Below are positions 36,901 to 49,507 of a DNA stretch of 64,000 nucleotides, piece after piece. Under the pieces are notes generated by a model. It ran no database searches and was not told where the DNA came from. It saw only the letters and a list, made by a program, of their open reading frames with translations. The first letter of the stretch is position 1, and the number at the start of each line of letters is the position of its first letter. Where the stretch lies: NCBI GenBank assembly GCA_010093605.1, contig MU004194.1, positions 472,323 through 536,322 on the forward strand, read 5' to 3'. The position numbers and the translations under genes were made by a program. This DNA is from Lophium mytilinum (Eukaryota).

Positions 36901-39900
36901 CAACAAGTCACCATTGGCTTTGCACGTTTCATTTTCAATTTCGACGATCGATATGCCACAATGTCCGATGGCGGTATGCTTGGTCCTGGACACATCGAGA
37001 GTACCTTGAAACTTTACGTAGAGTTACTTCAAATCTGGATCGAAGAAATCAAGCAGAAATCGAAACGGAATGCTCTCGACACTCCGGATGATGGTTCTTC
37101 TGGAAATCGTGGCGCCCAGTTGGATCTTTCTGGAATATGGGCGCATGTGGATGAGGTCGAATCACATGGCCTCTTCTTCCTATGTTCTCCATCGAGGCGT
37201 GTACGCTCTTATGCTGTCACCGTCTTACGACTGATTACTGAGTTTGACAAAGCCCTGGGTGGGAGTAATACCAGGATCATACGCGTCATGGAAGAAAGCG
37301 CCGAAGTTATGAAACTTAACGACGAGAAACTGTCACTCGCCGAAAGGAGCCGGCTTCAAAGAGGCATGAAAAAGAGCAACGCGGAGAGCACCTTGATCGA
37401 GCTTTGCAGCAGCGAGGTGCCTTACGACTCTACGCTTTGGTTCAAAGTCTTTCCCAACTTGGTCCGCATTAGTTTCGACCAATGCCCGTTTGCTGTCACT
37501 CTCACTCGAGATATAGTTTGTGCCAGATTATCACAAATGCACAGAACTCTGCTCTCGTTGGCAGAAGGCAACCGTGGTAGCCCCTACTCTACCTTCGACA
37601 ATGCTACAGGCAAAGTAGTCGGACGCTTAGCAACAACAGCCCCGGACGTCGTTATTGAGCAATGGAAGCTGTATCTCATATTCGCATGCACGACGTTGAC
37701 AAATCTAGGCGGTCAGCAAAATTCCCAGAACCAAGTGGCTCAACACTCCAGAAAGAGTTCGAAATCATCTCAGAAGAGCCAGAATAAGGTATACTCTGCA
37801 AGTGACCTATTTTCAAAGGTCCTTCCGTTTCTCGCAGTCGGGAATCCAAAAATCAGGGAGGCTGTCGTGGCTGGGCTAGGCTCTATCAGCATCAACCTTT
37901 ATCGAACACTGCTGGAGTCTCTTCAAGTATATGTCGCAACTTGCGCTGATGAAGCAAAATCACGTTTAGGAATGCATCAGCGGACAGTGAGCAGCCCTCG
38001 AAGAAACCGGCGGACTGATCATCTTCGTACTGAGATCACAAATCTCTACAAGGTGACTTCGGGTTTCTTGACAAAACCAGAAATTTACAACGATGAATGG
38101 ATTTTGAACAATCTGGTCAATTATACAAAAGACCTCCGGATATTTCTTAGCGACGCAGAGATTCAGAACGAATGGGACTTCCAAAAGCTACGTACACACT
38201 ACTGTGGTCTGATCGAGGAGCTTTTCGAAGGCATCAATAGAACATCTGATCCCATTCGATGGATGCCATTTCAAGCTCGCAAAGCCGCCTTTGCTCTCAT
38301 GGAAGACTGGTGTGGATACTCTCCGAATCAGAGTCAGATAAGGCAACGAGAGGACCACATGGCACGATCAATAATGGATCGTGAGCAAGAACTAGGTGGC
38401 AAAGGCAACACTACAGCTACTATAGCGATTGAGAAAAGAGAATTGGGGACTGCTGCCCTCAGTGCAATGGCAGCGCTCTGTGTAAGTTGCAACACTTGAC
38501 AGTCAATCCAAACATTCCTAACTCCGTCTCAGGGTGGACCCGTTTCTATTCAAACGCAGCAAAATTTCCTCCATTTCGACGTCAACAGGATGCTGTCTTG
38601 GATCAACACAATATTCGAAAACCCCAGTGACAGAACACACGCTATTGGGCGCCGTGCTTTGACAAATCTGATTATGCATAATCGAGAACACTCCTATCTG
38701 CTGGACAGATCGATTGAGATGTGCTATCGGTCGAAGTCTTCTAAGGCATTGGAAAGCTACTTTGAAGTTGTGACACAAGTTTTGACTAAGGAAGAGTCTT
38801 ACACGCTACCATTCTGGAAGGTGCTTAGCGCCGGGCTATACACCCTCGGACATGAGAACAGCGAGCTACGAATGAAATCGGCGAGACTGCTTAGAACCCT
38901 CGAGGCGCGCCAGCAGAAGAATTCCAAATTACAGGATCTGGACATCAGTATTTCTGACAAGACCATTGCGGTATACAAACTTGCCCAATTCGAGACATCA
39001 CGACGGCTGGCCAAGCAACATCCAGAACTAGCCTTCCACGTGTTTTCGCAATTTTCCGTCTATTTCAAAGAGCTGCAGCCAGATCACCAGCGTAATGTAG
39101 TGGCGGCTCTGCTTCCGTGGATCCAAACTATCGAACTACAGCTCAGCCCTGATGGTGGGCCGACAGCAAGCTCATACATGCTTTTAGTCAATCTTTTCGA
39201 GATAACAGTTCGATGTGGTAACGCTCTTCACAACGAGATCCAGGCCTTATGGCAGGCGCTAGCAACGGGCCCTCATGCTGGAAATGTCCAGTTGATTTTG
39301 GACTTTATAATACTGCTGTGTTTGGACAAGCGCGAACAGAACTTCGTGGACTACTCCAAACAGATTGTTGTACATTTATCTAGCACACCAGCTGGCCTCA
39401 AGGTCTTTGAATTTCTGCTCATGAAGATAAATCCTAGGACAATGGTTGTAGAGAAAGTGGAGCCAACGACCCCACCTCAAGATACTACATCGCTTCCCTA
39501 TCTCGCAGATCTTGGTCAGGTCCTGCCGAGTAGCAGTAAACAGGTAAACACTTTGAGCATCTTGAATCGCGGATGAAGCTGACATACTATAGTCCGGGTT
39601 CTCCATGGGCCAACTATGCCTCATTCTGCTGGTGGATCTCACGGTATCTCCACTTCAGCTTTCTCAAGAGCATGTACCCCTCCTACTCCAGGTCGTACTT
39701 ATCCTATGGGATCATTATACGCCACTCGTCCAGGACCAAGCTCGAGAAATGCTAGTTCATCTGATACACGAACTTGTCATCTCAAAGATTGAGGATGGCA
39801 GTACTGAACCCGACAAGAAAGCCATCGAGAACTTCATTGAAAATATTCGACGCCACAAACCCGAAGTAGTCTGGGAGTATGAAGACAACAACGGAAAGGA

Positions 39901-42004
39901 CGACGAAAGCTTGGGTATAAGGGTCCCCAAGGGTATGATTCATGTCGCAGACCAGGTCCTCGATATCTTTTCCCTCGCATATCCCGGGATTCGTGAGGAG
40001 TGGGGTCGGGTCACCTTGAGCTGGGCAACTTCTTGCCCTGTGCGCCATTTGGCATGCCGGTCTTTCCAGCTATTCCGCTGCATCTTAAGCACTCTTGACC
40101 AGCACATGCTTTCGGACATGCTTGCAAGGCTCTCAAACACAATATCCGACGATGAAGGTGACATTCAGACCTTTTCGATGGAGATTTTGACCACTCTGCG
40201 AACCATCATTGAGAAGCTAGAACCATCGGATCTTTTGCAATATCCTCAACTGTTTTGGACGACATGCGCTTGCCTTAACACGATTCACGAGCGAGAGTTT
40301 ATGGAGAGCCTTGCTATGTTAGACAAACTTTTGGACAAGCTCGACTTGAGCAACGCAGCCACTGTCGCCACTCTCGAAGACAATTATCCTCAGAAATGGG
40401 ACATGCCATTTGAGGGCATTGCTGGCTTGATATACAAGGGAATCAGGTCCAGTGTATGCTTGGATCGATCGCTGGGTATTCTTGAGCGACTAGTCACTCT
40501 TCCGTCCAACAGTCTTGTTGGAAGCGACAACCGTCTGCTTTATACGATACTTGCGAACTTTCCAAGATTCCTCCGATCTTTTGAGCAAGACACACCAGAC
40601 CCAAACATATTCAAGACGGCGGAGGTTTTAGCTAACATGTCTGAAGAATATGGGTGTACTGGTCTATCTCGAGCGCTCAGTGGTTTCGCAAATCAACGGT
40701 ATCGCACCGACAAAGATTTTCTTGGGCACGCTGCATCCGCTTTGCGATCATCAGTCTTTCCAAATTGGGAGTACAAAAGCCTAATATTCCTACTCAGCCT
40801 GCTTACCAACAAATTACCCTGGATGAAGATTCAGACGATGCGTCTTTTGTGCGTAATCATACCCGAGATTGATATGCGAAAGCCAGAAATCGCCGCAAAG
40901 GGGCCAGACCTTATATCACCCTTGCTGCGACTGCTTCAAACGGAATTCTGTCCACAGGCCCTCCAAGTACTTGACTATGTCATGAACATGACGGGCACAC
41001 CGACGCCTTTGGACCGACACCACCTACGCATGAGTATGGCGGGGTCACACTCGAGCCGAGCGTTTCGAAAGGAGTACGATAAGACGCAAAGTCTGTATGG
41101 CATACCTGAAGAGACAGGCTGGTCGATCCCTATGCCCGCTCATTACTCGGCTTCTACACGCAATAATGTGCATGCGGTGTTCTACACTTGCATGACCCCA
41201 GAAAGCAACGACCTGTCAGAAGTTACAACGCCAAAGATTGAGTTCCGCCAAGAAGAATTCCCTTTCAGTCCGTTCCCCGACTATCGCACCGCAACAATGA
41301 CATCCACGTCCGAGGACGTTCGTGGGGATGGCCATATTGGTGAACTGATTATGAAACTTGACAGCCTGGACGATTTTTTCGAGGACGACGATGCTGAGAC
41401 ACTTTCTGAGCTCCCTTCCAACCTCGGGCTTGGGCGCTTCAACTCGAGCCAGGCCGATGTGCGAGAGAATGTCTACGATCAACAGACTCTTCCTATCCTA
41501 CACAAGTCTCTCACTCGGAACGCTAGCGTGACTTCATTCCAGTCTGGCTTTGCTGATGCCAAGGTGCCGGCGCCACCAAGGGACCCAGGTGTCATGACCC
41601 CGACGCTATTCACGGCGCCATCTGGACCTCTTGCGCCTGCACCGTCTGGGCCCCTGCCACGGCCAGGTCTTCACTCTCGATCTGTCACGTCGCCTTCGGT
41701 CAATCAGCGGACTCCACCAGCATATTCGATGAGTACCGATGACAACGAGGAACCCTTTTCGGACGATGACGGACGTCTGAATACGGTTGAAAAGTCGTTC
41801 TCTCTTGAAGGCATGATTCGTCCTCTTACTCAAGATACCAGATCACGGATCAGGTCTGGGATGCGACGATTGACAGGTGGAGGGGGGGACGCGAAGGAGA
41901 AGGAGAGAACAAGAGAGGCCATACGAGCAGCGTTGCAGAAGAGCCCGCAGGTGCCAAAAGTTCCTGACATCTATCTACAGAACCCGAAGTCAGCGGAACC
42001 GTAA
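33984..42004 (+). CDS. TAO3: Cell morphogenesis scaffold protein Tao3/Pag1 (MOR2-PAG1/Furry family), ~2541 aa; exons 33984-33987, 34183-34814, 34868-35098, 35146-38481, 38533-39543, 39593-42004
   Basis: KTVGEYALHHLFNSFVGQAD, LIDTLMFWRKAK, AERRSTVSIYILCRVL, WATSCPVRHLACRSFQLFR, LARLSNTISD; all introns GT-AG and in frame. Confidence 0.93.
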
Positions 42005-42576
42005 ACGAATCCGCTGCATATATTTTTTTTGCTTTCTAGCAAGGCGGACTCTGTTCTGGCGTTGGCGATGCTTAAATACTTCTTTTCTATAGTCGATGGT
42101 GCATGGGGACTGCATGGGAAAAGGCGCGAGTGCATGTACATGGCGCGAGACGCGCAAAACCAGTGTGGATTCTGCTTGGAGTTGGAGGGTAAACTTGTAC
42201 TAGGCCACCACGACGTGGTGCAGAGAGCTGGTGTAATGTTCATAGCGGGATGCTGGGCGTAGCAAGCGTAACCCGTGGATTTCCTGAATATGATACCCAG
42301 AAACCTCAGCATTTGGATTGCAAGCTGCACTGCTTCGTTGTCTTAAGCCAATGGGTTCTCTTCGCACGGACCGTTGTGCACGTGATTTTGATGACGTTTC
42401 ACGCCCGGGACGCCGGGTCTGAGCTAGTTCTCGTCAAGCGCTCCCCAGAGATTCGACCTCCAACCTTGCCAGTGTTTTCATCAGACATCATCCTTCCATC
42501 ACGCCTACACACCAACTGTGCCCCTTTCTTCTCGAACCAGTCACCCGTACCCTTAGCTCTACCCTAGCTCTTCAAA

Positions 42577-43469
42577 ATGGACTTCTCGGACGCTTTGTAT
42601 GTGGTCGCAATCGAGCGGGGCTCGGACTCGAGAAGCACCAGGCAGCTAACATCTGTACAGCCGCATAGTCAACCTGGCCATTGGTGTCCTCATGGTTCTA
42701 GGCGGTATTGCGCAATTCTTCCACTTCCAATTGTGAGACGTCCCGTCCCGACTCGACCGCGCAAACTTAGTCACAGCCATGGTCATCTCCTTTCCATCGC
42801 ATAAACCATCGGGAGGAGCATACTGCATTGCCTTGACACTGCTTTATCGGTTCTCTCTTCGTATAAGGTGGAAATCAAACGGCCATGGCATGCGACAAGA
42901 GGGTGATCTCGAGAAAGACTGCGCTACGACTCGTACTTTTGCTGACGACGGGAAAAGCAAGGACATCATTCTTGGAGTATATCTGATTATATTTGGCCTT
43001 GGTAGGCATTCTAAACCCTCACTGTAGAGGGCGCAACTAACATGATTCAACAGCAACTGCGCTTCTTGGTTCGCACCTTTGATTTCCGTCGTCGATATTG
43101 ACTCCTAACCGAATGCGCAGAGTTCCAAATTCCGCCGCAAATCGCTAAGCATGCTTCATTCATGTTCTCCTTCATCGGCCGCGGAATCTGTGAGTCCAGT
43201 CGCAAGAAACACAGGTAGTGAAAGTATGCAGCTGACAGAGGATAGTCTATGTCTTTATTGGATCGGTCGTTGTTGGCGACCAGTGGTACAAGTATGTGCC
43301 TGGCACCATCGTGGGGGTGGCTGGAATCGCGTACGTGGTCTTGGAATACATACCATCAATCGAGCCCCCGGCGAACATGCGGTAAGTGGCTGGCAGACGT
43401 CTGGACGAAGTCCAAGCACTTATATCTTGCAGTGACGCGGACGCTGGATGGGGCGCGGAACAAGTCTAA
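42577..43469 (+). CDS. TVP15: COPI-associated Golgi membrane protein (Tvp15 family), multi-exon
   Basis: Spliced MDFSDALRIVNLAIGVLMVLGGIAQFF...IILGVYLIIFGL...EFQIPPQIAKHASFMFSFIGRGIFYVFIG...EYIPSIEPPANMRDADAGWGAEQV. Confidence 0.88.
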
Positions 43470-43991
43470 GCAGTCGTACACGAGGGATGGCAGAGCATGG
43501 AGATTCCAGCGTGGATGTTGCGGGCGCGTATGGGAGAAGACAAATCATGTGCTATTCTTGTACGAAAGCGTGTCGGCGGCGGACTAAGGGGCCTCCGGGA
43601 GCGTTCAATTTGGCGTCAGCGAGTGTATATCGTGTATTGTTTAGCCTTTCTGGACGGAGTAGAGGAGGGCTGCGTTGCACCGTTGCAGTGCCGCGGAGGA
43701 CAGTTGGGGCTCCACGCGAGCGCTGCAAGCCACTGGGGCAATGGCGTAAACTTAGGCGTTCAATATCCTTTTTGGGCGATCCGTGATGCTCTTCCACGTT
43801 GTGGCGGTTCTGGTGGTGAGGGCCTCGGCGGCACCTTTCGTCACCAGCCCAGCGATACGATACTGACTGACACATGGACTTCTGTGCGCGTGGGTTGCGC
43901 AGTCTTGTCTGGCCTGTGTTGATGCGGCAAGGAGTGGCACGGGACAGGGCAAGATATCTTAACGTCGCCGATCCTGGAGTTGTGGTGACAG

Positions 43992-44046
43992 ATTGGGCGC
44001 CGCTGATTGGCCGAGGCTTGATTACGAACACACTGGAGCTGATTGG
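43992..44046 (-). promoter_or_regulatory. Cluster of three CCAAT boxes; one fits the CBC:HapX bipartite motif CSAAT-N12-RWT
   Basis: ATTGG at 43992, 44006 and 44042; the 44042 box reads CCAAT-CAGCTCCAGTGT-GTT on the minus strand, with TTAC at 44022-44025. Confidence 0.6.
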
Positions 44047-44501
44047 CGGGCTGGATGGACGGTGAGCAGAGGTTCGGCCACCAGGCACAACTCCTGGCCG
44101 TCTCCTACTGCGAGCCGGCCCGTGTTTCGACGGCAGTCACTGGAGTGGCATTCAGGCATTCACGGCTTCGACAAACGTGGCGTGTGGCAAGAACGGGTTG
44201 CCGCCCGCCGAGATTCCCGCCTGTTACCTCTCGTGAGCAGCCATCTTCGAGCCCACCACGGCCCAGCTCCAATCGCGGGCTGCATCTTCCACGCCATCAC
44301 GTTCCACCGCGGCCCTGGTCCACTGAGCCCCCAGAGCAGTAGCAGACTATCAGACTACTAGACCCTTCCAGCTCTTTGCCGAATCAGCCCACGCCTTTGT
44401 GCTGGCTGGCTGCCTGCCGCGAAGCTTATATCAAAGTCTATTCCCCACCGTCTCGTGCTCGAATGAAGCTATAGGCCCCCAAAGCACATCTCCATCGAGA
44501 T

Positions 44502-46268
44502 ATGTCAGGAGGCGTATCGGCCAGCGGCGGAGCTTCTCTTGCGCCTGCCCTTGCACACCATCCCCACCGCCTGTCACGTCAACCATCGAGGGAGGACTTC
44601 GAGATGGCCGAGAACTTGAGCATGCTCAACCCTCAGCATCACCGCCCCGCCGGGACGAGCCCGCAAGCATCGACAGAGGCTCCCAGTCCGGAAAATGACG
44701 CCATGTCCACCACTTCGCAAGGCGCGCAGACTGACATATCAGAATACCACTCGCTTGAAGACACGCTGGCCCACCGACAACCACCGCAGGACCCATCTTC
44801 TCGCCACGCCTCGCCAGCAGCCATGCAGCAGCGACCCCAGGCGAGCAATGCCCCAGTGAACGGTCAGATTTGCAGGTGAGTTCGAAGCGTGCTCTTCCAC
44901 TCATTGTGAGAGCTATAGTCGGGAGGCCAAGTCAGTGCTAATCCGCAACAGCAACTGCGGGACCACGCGCACGCCGCTCTGGCGCCGCTCTCCCACCGGC
45001 GAGACCATTTGCAACGCCTGTGGTCTCTACTGGAAGGCCCGGAATCAGTCCCGGCCAACGAATCTCAAGCGCACTGTGCAGCCGACGACGTTGGCTGTTC
45101 AGCAGACTCAAGCAACAGGACAGCCCCACGATCGGAGCAACTCTCCCTCATGCCTCACTACTTCGCCGCGTGCCACTTATGTTGCTGCCGACCAGGTTGC
45201 TACGGGCACCTGCCCCGGGGGTGGCCGATGCAACGGCACTGGTGGCCAGCAAGGCTGCAATGGCTGTCCAGCGTACAACAACCGCGTTTCAAAGACAGCG
45301 CAGTTTGCCCTTGCCCACGCTAGTGCTCAACAGAATGCTCCTCCTACCCCAGGCGCTGGCGACGCTCAAGCTTCAAGTGCTGCTGACAGTTTAAGTGCTC
45401 CGACTGGGCACTCCATGGGCCAAAACGCCGCTAGTGTAGTCCCAGCCTGTCAGAATTGCGGTACTACGATAACACCATTATGGAGACGCGATGAGCTCGG
45501 CCATACTATTTGCAATGCATGCGGTACGTCGTGATTCGGTCCTTCGCTTATGCCATTCCTGTCAAAGTACTGCCCTAGACAACCTACTAACACAAGTCAA
45601 CAGGCCTCTACCACAAGCTTCATGGCACCCACCGCCCAGTTGCGATGAAGAAGCAAGAGATCAAACGCCGTAAACGTGTCGTCCCTGCGCCCCCAGATAT
45701 GGCATATTCCCCATCGCAAGCTGCCCAAGGCACTCCCCGTGGTTTCGATTCATCTGTATCCCCTGACCCCTCTGCTTCGCTCCCAGAGCCTTCCGAGCCG
45801 TATGCCAACCCACAGGCTTCACATACATATGGCCCCCTCCCCGTCGACTTCACCAATTTCCATCACTCCTCTTCGTCATCCGCTACAAATCCACGCGCCA
45901 TTTACCAGCAGCAACCCTCGCCCAGTGCCCCTAGTCCTCGCAAACGATCCTTGTCTGCTCTTGCAGAAGACGTTGCCACGCCTATGTCCTACACTACTAA
46001 CGCGCCTCCCTCCTCTACTAACGGCCAGACGCCCGCACCAGCCAACCGTGCCAATAGCATTAGCGCCATTCTTAATCCCTCTACAGCTCGACAAACACAG
46101 GTGGCAGACGCCTCCATTGACCCGAATCTTGGCGCTATAGGACGGCCCGGAGAAGGGGAACGCGCGAAGCGAAAAGACAAGCTGAGGCAAGAGGCCGAGG
46201 CTATGAGAGAAGCGCTCCGGAGGACCGAGATGGAATTGGAGAGTATGGAGGGTGAGGGAGAGCAATAA
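44502..46268 (+). CDS. sreA: GATA-type iron/siderophore repressor SreA/SRE1, 3 exons
   Basis: Two GATA fingers ([28 protein letters not shown] and [28 protein letters not shown]) flanking the Cys-rich [25 protein letters not shown] region, plus a C-terminal coiled coil. Confidence 0.95.
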
Positions 46269-47469
46269 CATTTGCTGAAAAGAAAGAAGAAAGCAGAAGA
46301 GGTGGAGCTTCTTACACCCTCCGTGTTTGTTCTTACGAGGTATATACGAGTTTAATGTCGCACATTCAAGGGGCACAAATCGATATGGCAGGTTATAAAG
46401 GCTTGGGTTATGACAGGGAGGATGGGTCTCAGGCGATTATGGAGGTTTCATCTACGGCACTGGAAACGAATGTGACAATGGCGACGGTGTCTGGTGTTGA
46501 TAGGGGCGGCTCGTTCCCATACGCGGCCGTGCGGTTGATATTCCACTATGGATCTGCTGTGTATAAGGATAAGTCCCTCCTTAATTCATTCATAAAGCTC
46601 ATGGCAAGGAAAAGCTTGGTGGGCATTCTACTCTACAATCGAATTTTTTTCTAAAACATCACCTGGTGCTATTGAGATGAGGTTTGGGTGCTACGGGCTA
46701 CACAAATCTTATAATTGGGGTTTGACATTTGACATAGATGATCATACTATTCGGCTTGATCCACTACGCTTGAGAAAGCACCGGAAGTATCTCGGTCGAG
46801 TCTTCACTCAAAATTCCTGCCCTAGATTCTTCTGCCAAGTCATGCACTTGCAGTTGCCATAGTCAACACTTTTTAGAAGACCCACCAAGCATGCTTTCGT
46901 CAACTCAGATCCTCGAAAGACGCCTTCTCCACATCGCCTTCATAACCGCCACTGGCTTCCCGCTCTGTAGCTTCGGGGGTCCCTTAGCTGGAAGATCCGC
47001 AAGCGCAATTGCTTGAGACGTTGATTATCCTTTCTGCGAAGTCGAAAAAGCTCGACGGCTAGAACAAGATTTGAAGTAAGGGCGAAACGAGAACAGGGAG
47101 ACGAGTACATGTGCGAATGGTGGACTGGCTACAGCACTCGACGGTCTGGTCTGTTGGGATCGCCGCACGTATCCTCAGGCTATCGGCAAGAGGTGCTCGG
47201 GACTGTGGGTGGTGGGAACTGCGCATTTGTGATGGAGAGGGATGCAGTGGCTGGGATCGTTTGCGGTGACGCCTGCTTAGGTTGCCTAGCGGGTGGAAAC
47301 CCCGAAGCGAGAGGTCACAAGTCCGGCCCAATCTGTGTACAATCTGTTTGGCAACCGCCAGAAGTAGCTCGGCAGGGTATCAGGTTCGTCAAAATGATTG
47401 GCTTGTATCTCGTTCGGATTTTTTGGACTTGGTTAGAAGCACCTCCGGCGGTGTCAAAATAGTGTACAC

Positions 47470-48616
47470 TCAGAACCAAATCTTAATTAGTTCCTCGCTA
47501 ACGGCGCTGGGAGTGAGTACCCCGGATTCGGTGAGAATGCCGGATATGAGGTTGGGTGGCTAGAGAAGGCATTTGTTAGTCCACGTGATGTCGAGCAATA
47601 TCGACGATGAAACTGACCGTATAATCCACTGGATTCTCCGAGTTGTCTGAATCCTTTTTTCCAGTCTTGCCTCCGGAAGCCCCTGAATCTGACAGATCCA
47701 CGGCCTCGTCCTCTACTGTGTATCCACCCTGGCTCTCATGTTCAATGGACACCAGCTCCCCTTCTTTTCCCACTTTGAAGTCAATGGCACGCTGCTTGAT
47801 AGGCAGGTCGTACTGGCCGGCTGGCAGAATCCGAACAAACTTGTGGCTTTCCGCAACAACATAGAACGGCTTATGCTTGATGTTCCCCAGCAGCCCCATC
47901 TGATAAGTGCCCATCTTTGAAATAATTCCGCCATTCATAACAATCGCTTCGGCGCCCACCACGATAAGGTCGATCTCAGCCAGCGCGCCGGCCACGGCGG
48001 AATCGGGGATGGTGGCCACGGGTATGCCCTTTGCGCGCAACATGGCCACAATGGCGGGGCCAGACCATTCCCCCTCCTGCGAAGCGGCGTCTGGGTCCAA
48101 TACGTAGACGACCTGGAAGCGCACACTACCGGTTTCGGCGACGGAGCGCAGCAACGCCGCCACGACGCGGGATCCGCCGTTTGTGAGCACTCTAGCACCA
48201 TCGCGGATCAAGTTTCGGCCAGACTGTGCGATCGTGGCTCGGTGGGCCTTTGCGCGCGAGGCGAAGAGGCCACGGTTGGTGAGGAGTTGGTTGCGGATGG
48301 CGTCAAAGTCGACGGCGCCTGCGGGGGAGGTGAGGTCCGCAGAGGGTCGGTTGAGGGTGGTGATGAGGTAGCGCTGGAAGAGGTCGGTGCCGGCGGAGAG
48401 CGAGATGGGGTTGGAGACGGACGACTTGAGGGTCCTAATGTGGTCTTCGAGGGTTTCGAGGGTTTCGGAGACGGTTTCGGTGGAAGTTGTTGCCATGGCG
48501 TCGACGAGGGCTTCGATTGCAGCAATGGGCTTGGTAAGGTCGTGGTCGTTGGCAAGCAGGCGTTGGTATGCTGCCACGATGTCGTACTTATCAGGCGGAG
48601 GCGGTTCTGTTGCCAT
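47470..48616 (-). CDS. GCN3: Translation initiation factor eIF2B alpha subunit, 2 exons
   Basis: SLSAGTDLFQRY, VLTNGGSRVV, VVGAEAIVMNGGIISKMGTYQ, PFYVVAESHKFVR, VDYT|PPNLISGILTESGVLTPSAVSEELIKIWF. Confidence 0.93.
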
Positions 48617-48830
48617 TTTGGAGAGTGGACACTGTGTGGTACGGTGGTGAGGTTGAAGCTCGACTCATAGAAAGTACCTTTTTCTGTGCAGTCACGGCGG
48701 CCCAATCAAGCGGGGTACACTTTCTTGGCGTGCATTAGTTTTAGGCTTGAACAATAGTACAGGATAACGCCGTTTCAGCGGCTTTGTAGAGCTTACATAG
48801 TTCAAAGCGCTTCGCTTCAGTTTTTCATGG

Positions 48831-48870
48831 CACTTCAGAGCACTTCAGAGCACTTCAAAGTACTTCAAAC
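48831..48870 (+). repeat. 10-bp tandem repeat x4
   Basis: CACTTCAGAG CACTTCAGAG CACTTCAAAG TACTTCAAAC. Confidence 0.85.
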
Positions 48871-49507
48871 GTTGGTGAATGAGTACGCTTTGACTGGAAT
48901 ACAAAGTCCCCCAATCGGAAAGTACCATTATTGGATCTTCAGTTCGTGTACGACGTGCTCTGAGCACGTGTAAGTTTACACCCTTTTAGGATAACGCCGT
49001 CTCCGCTGGCCCTAGGATTCAAAGAATGGTTTACGCTTTTATCTCAATTCTTCATGAAGCTGTAGTAGATGAGTGCACACATCCTAGAAGTAACTTCCTC
49101 CCCGTCCGCATGCTAAACTTCCCTTACGTTCTAAATTTAGCACACACGCAATATACGCCGGACATGCGCTACGAAGCACACTACTAATGCAGGATATCAG
49201 AAGACGCATCCACCATTGAACTAGGTGTGGGCTTCGAAAAGAGGCTGAGGCAAGGCTGAGGGCCTGCTGGCAGGCATGGAACAAGCCTGGGCATGATGGC
49301 AGGCTGCATGGGCTAGACTGGGGCCAAAACGACACAACACGTCCTACATATCCTCGCGCCAGTATTCTCGCCGCCTAGAAACTCTCTTCTCTGTTCAAGC
49401 TTTCCTGTGTCCTGCCTCCAAATCGCGTGATATGCACGATCTCAGATGCCCACACGTCGAGAAGCTGTTACCGCCATAGTTGCCTGGACTCAAGCGCCAC
49501 CTCTATC

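Noticed and set aside
43448..44400. Overlapping 100-178-aa ORFs between TVP15 and sreA
   Set aside because: GC-rich 3'UTR/promoter sequence that contains the CCAAT boxes; no protein-like features.
46677..47462. Short ORFs between the sreA and GCN3 3' ends
   Set aside because: No motif or splice-supported model; probably UTR/intergenic.
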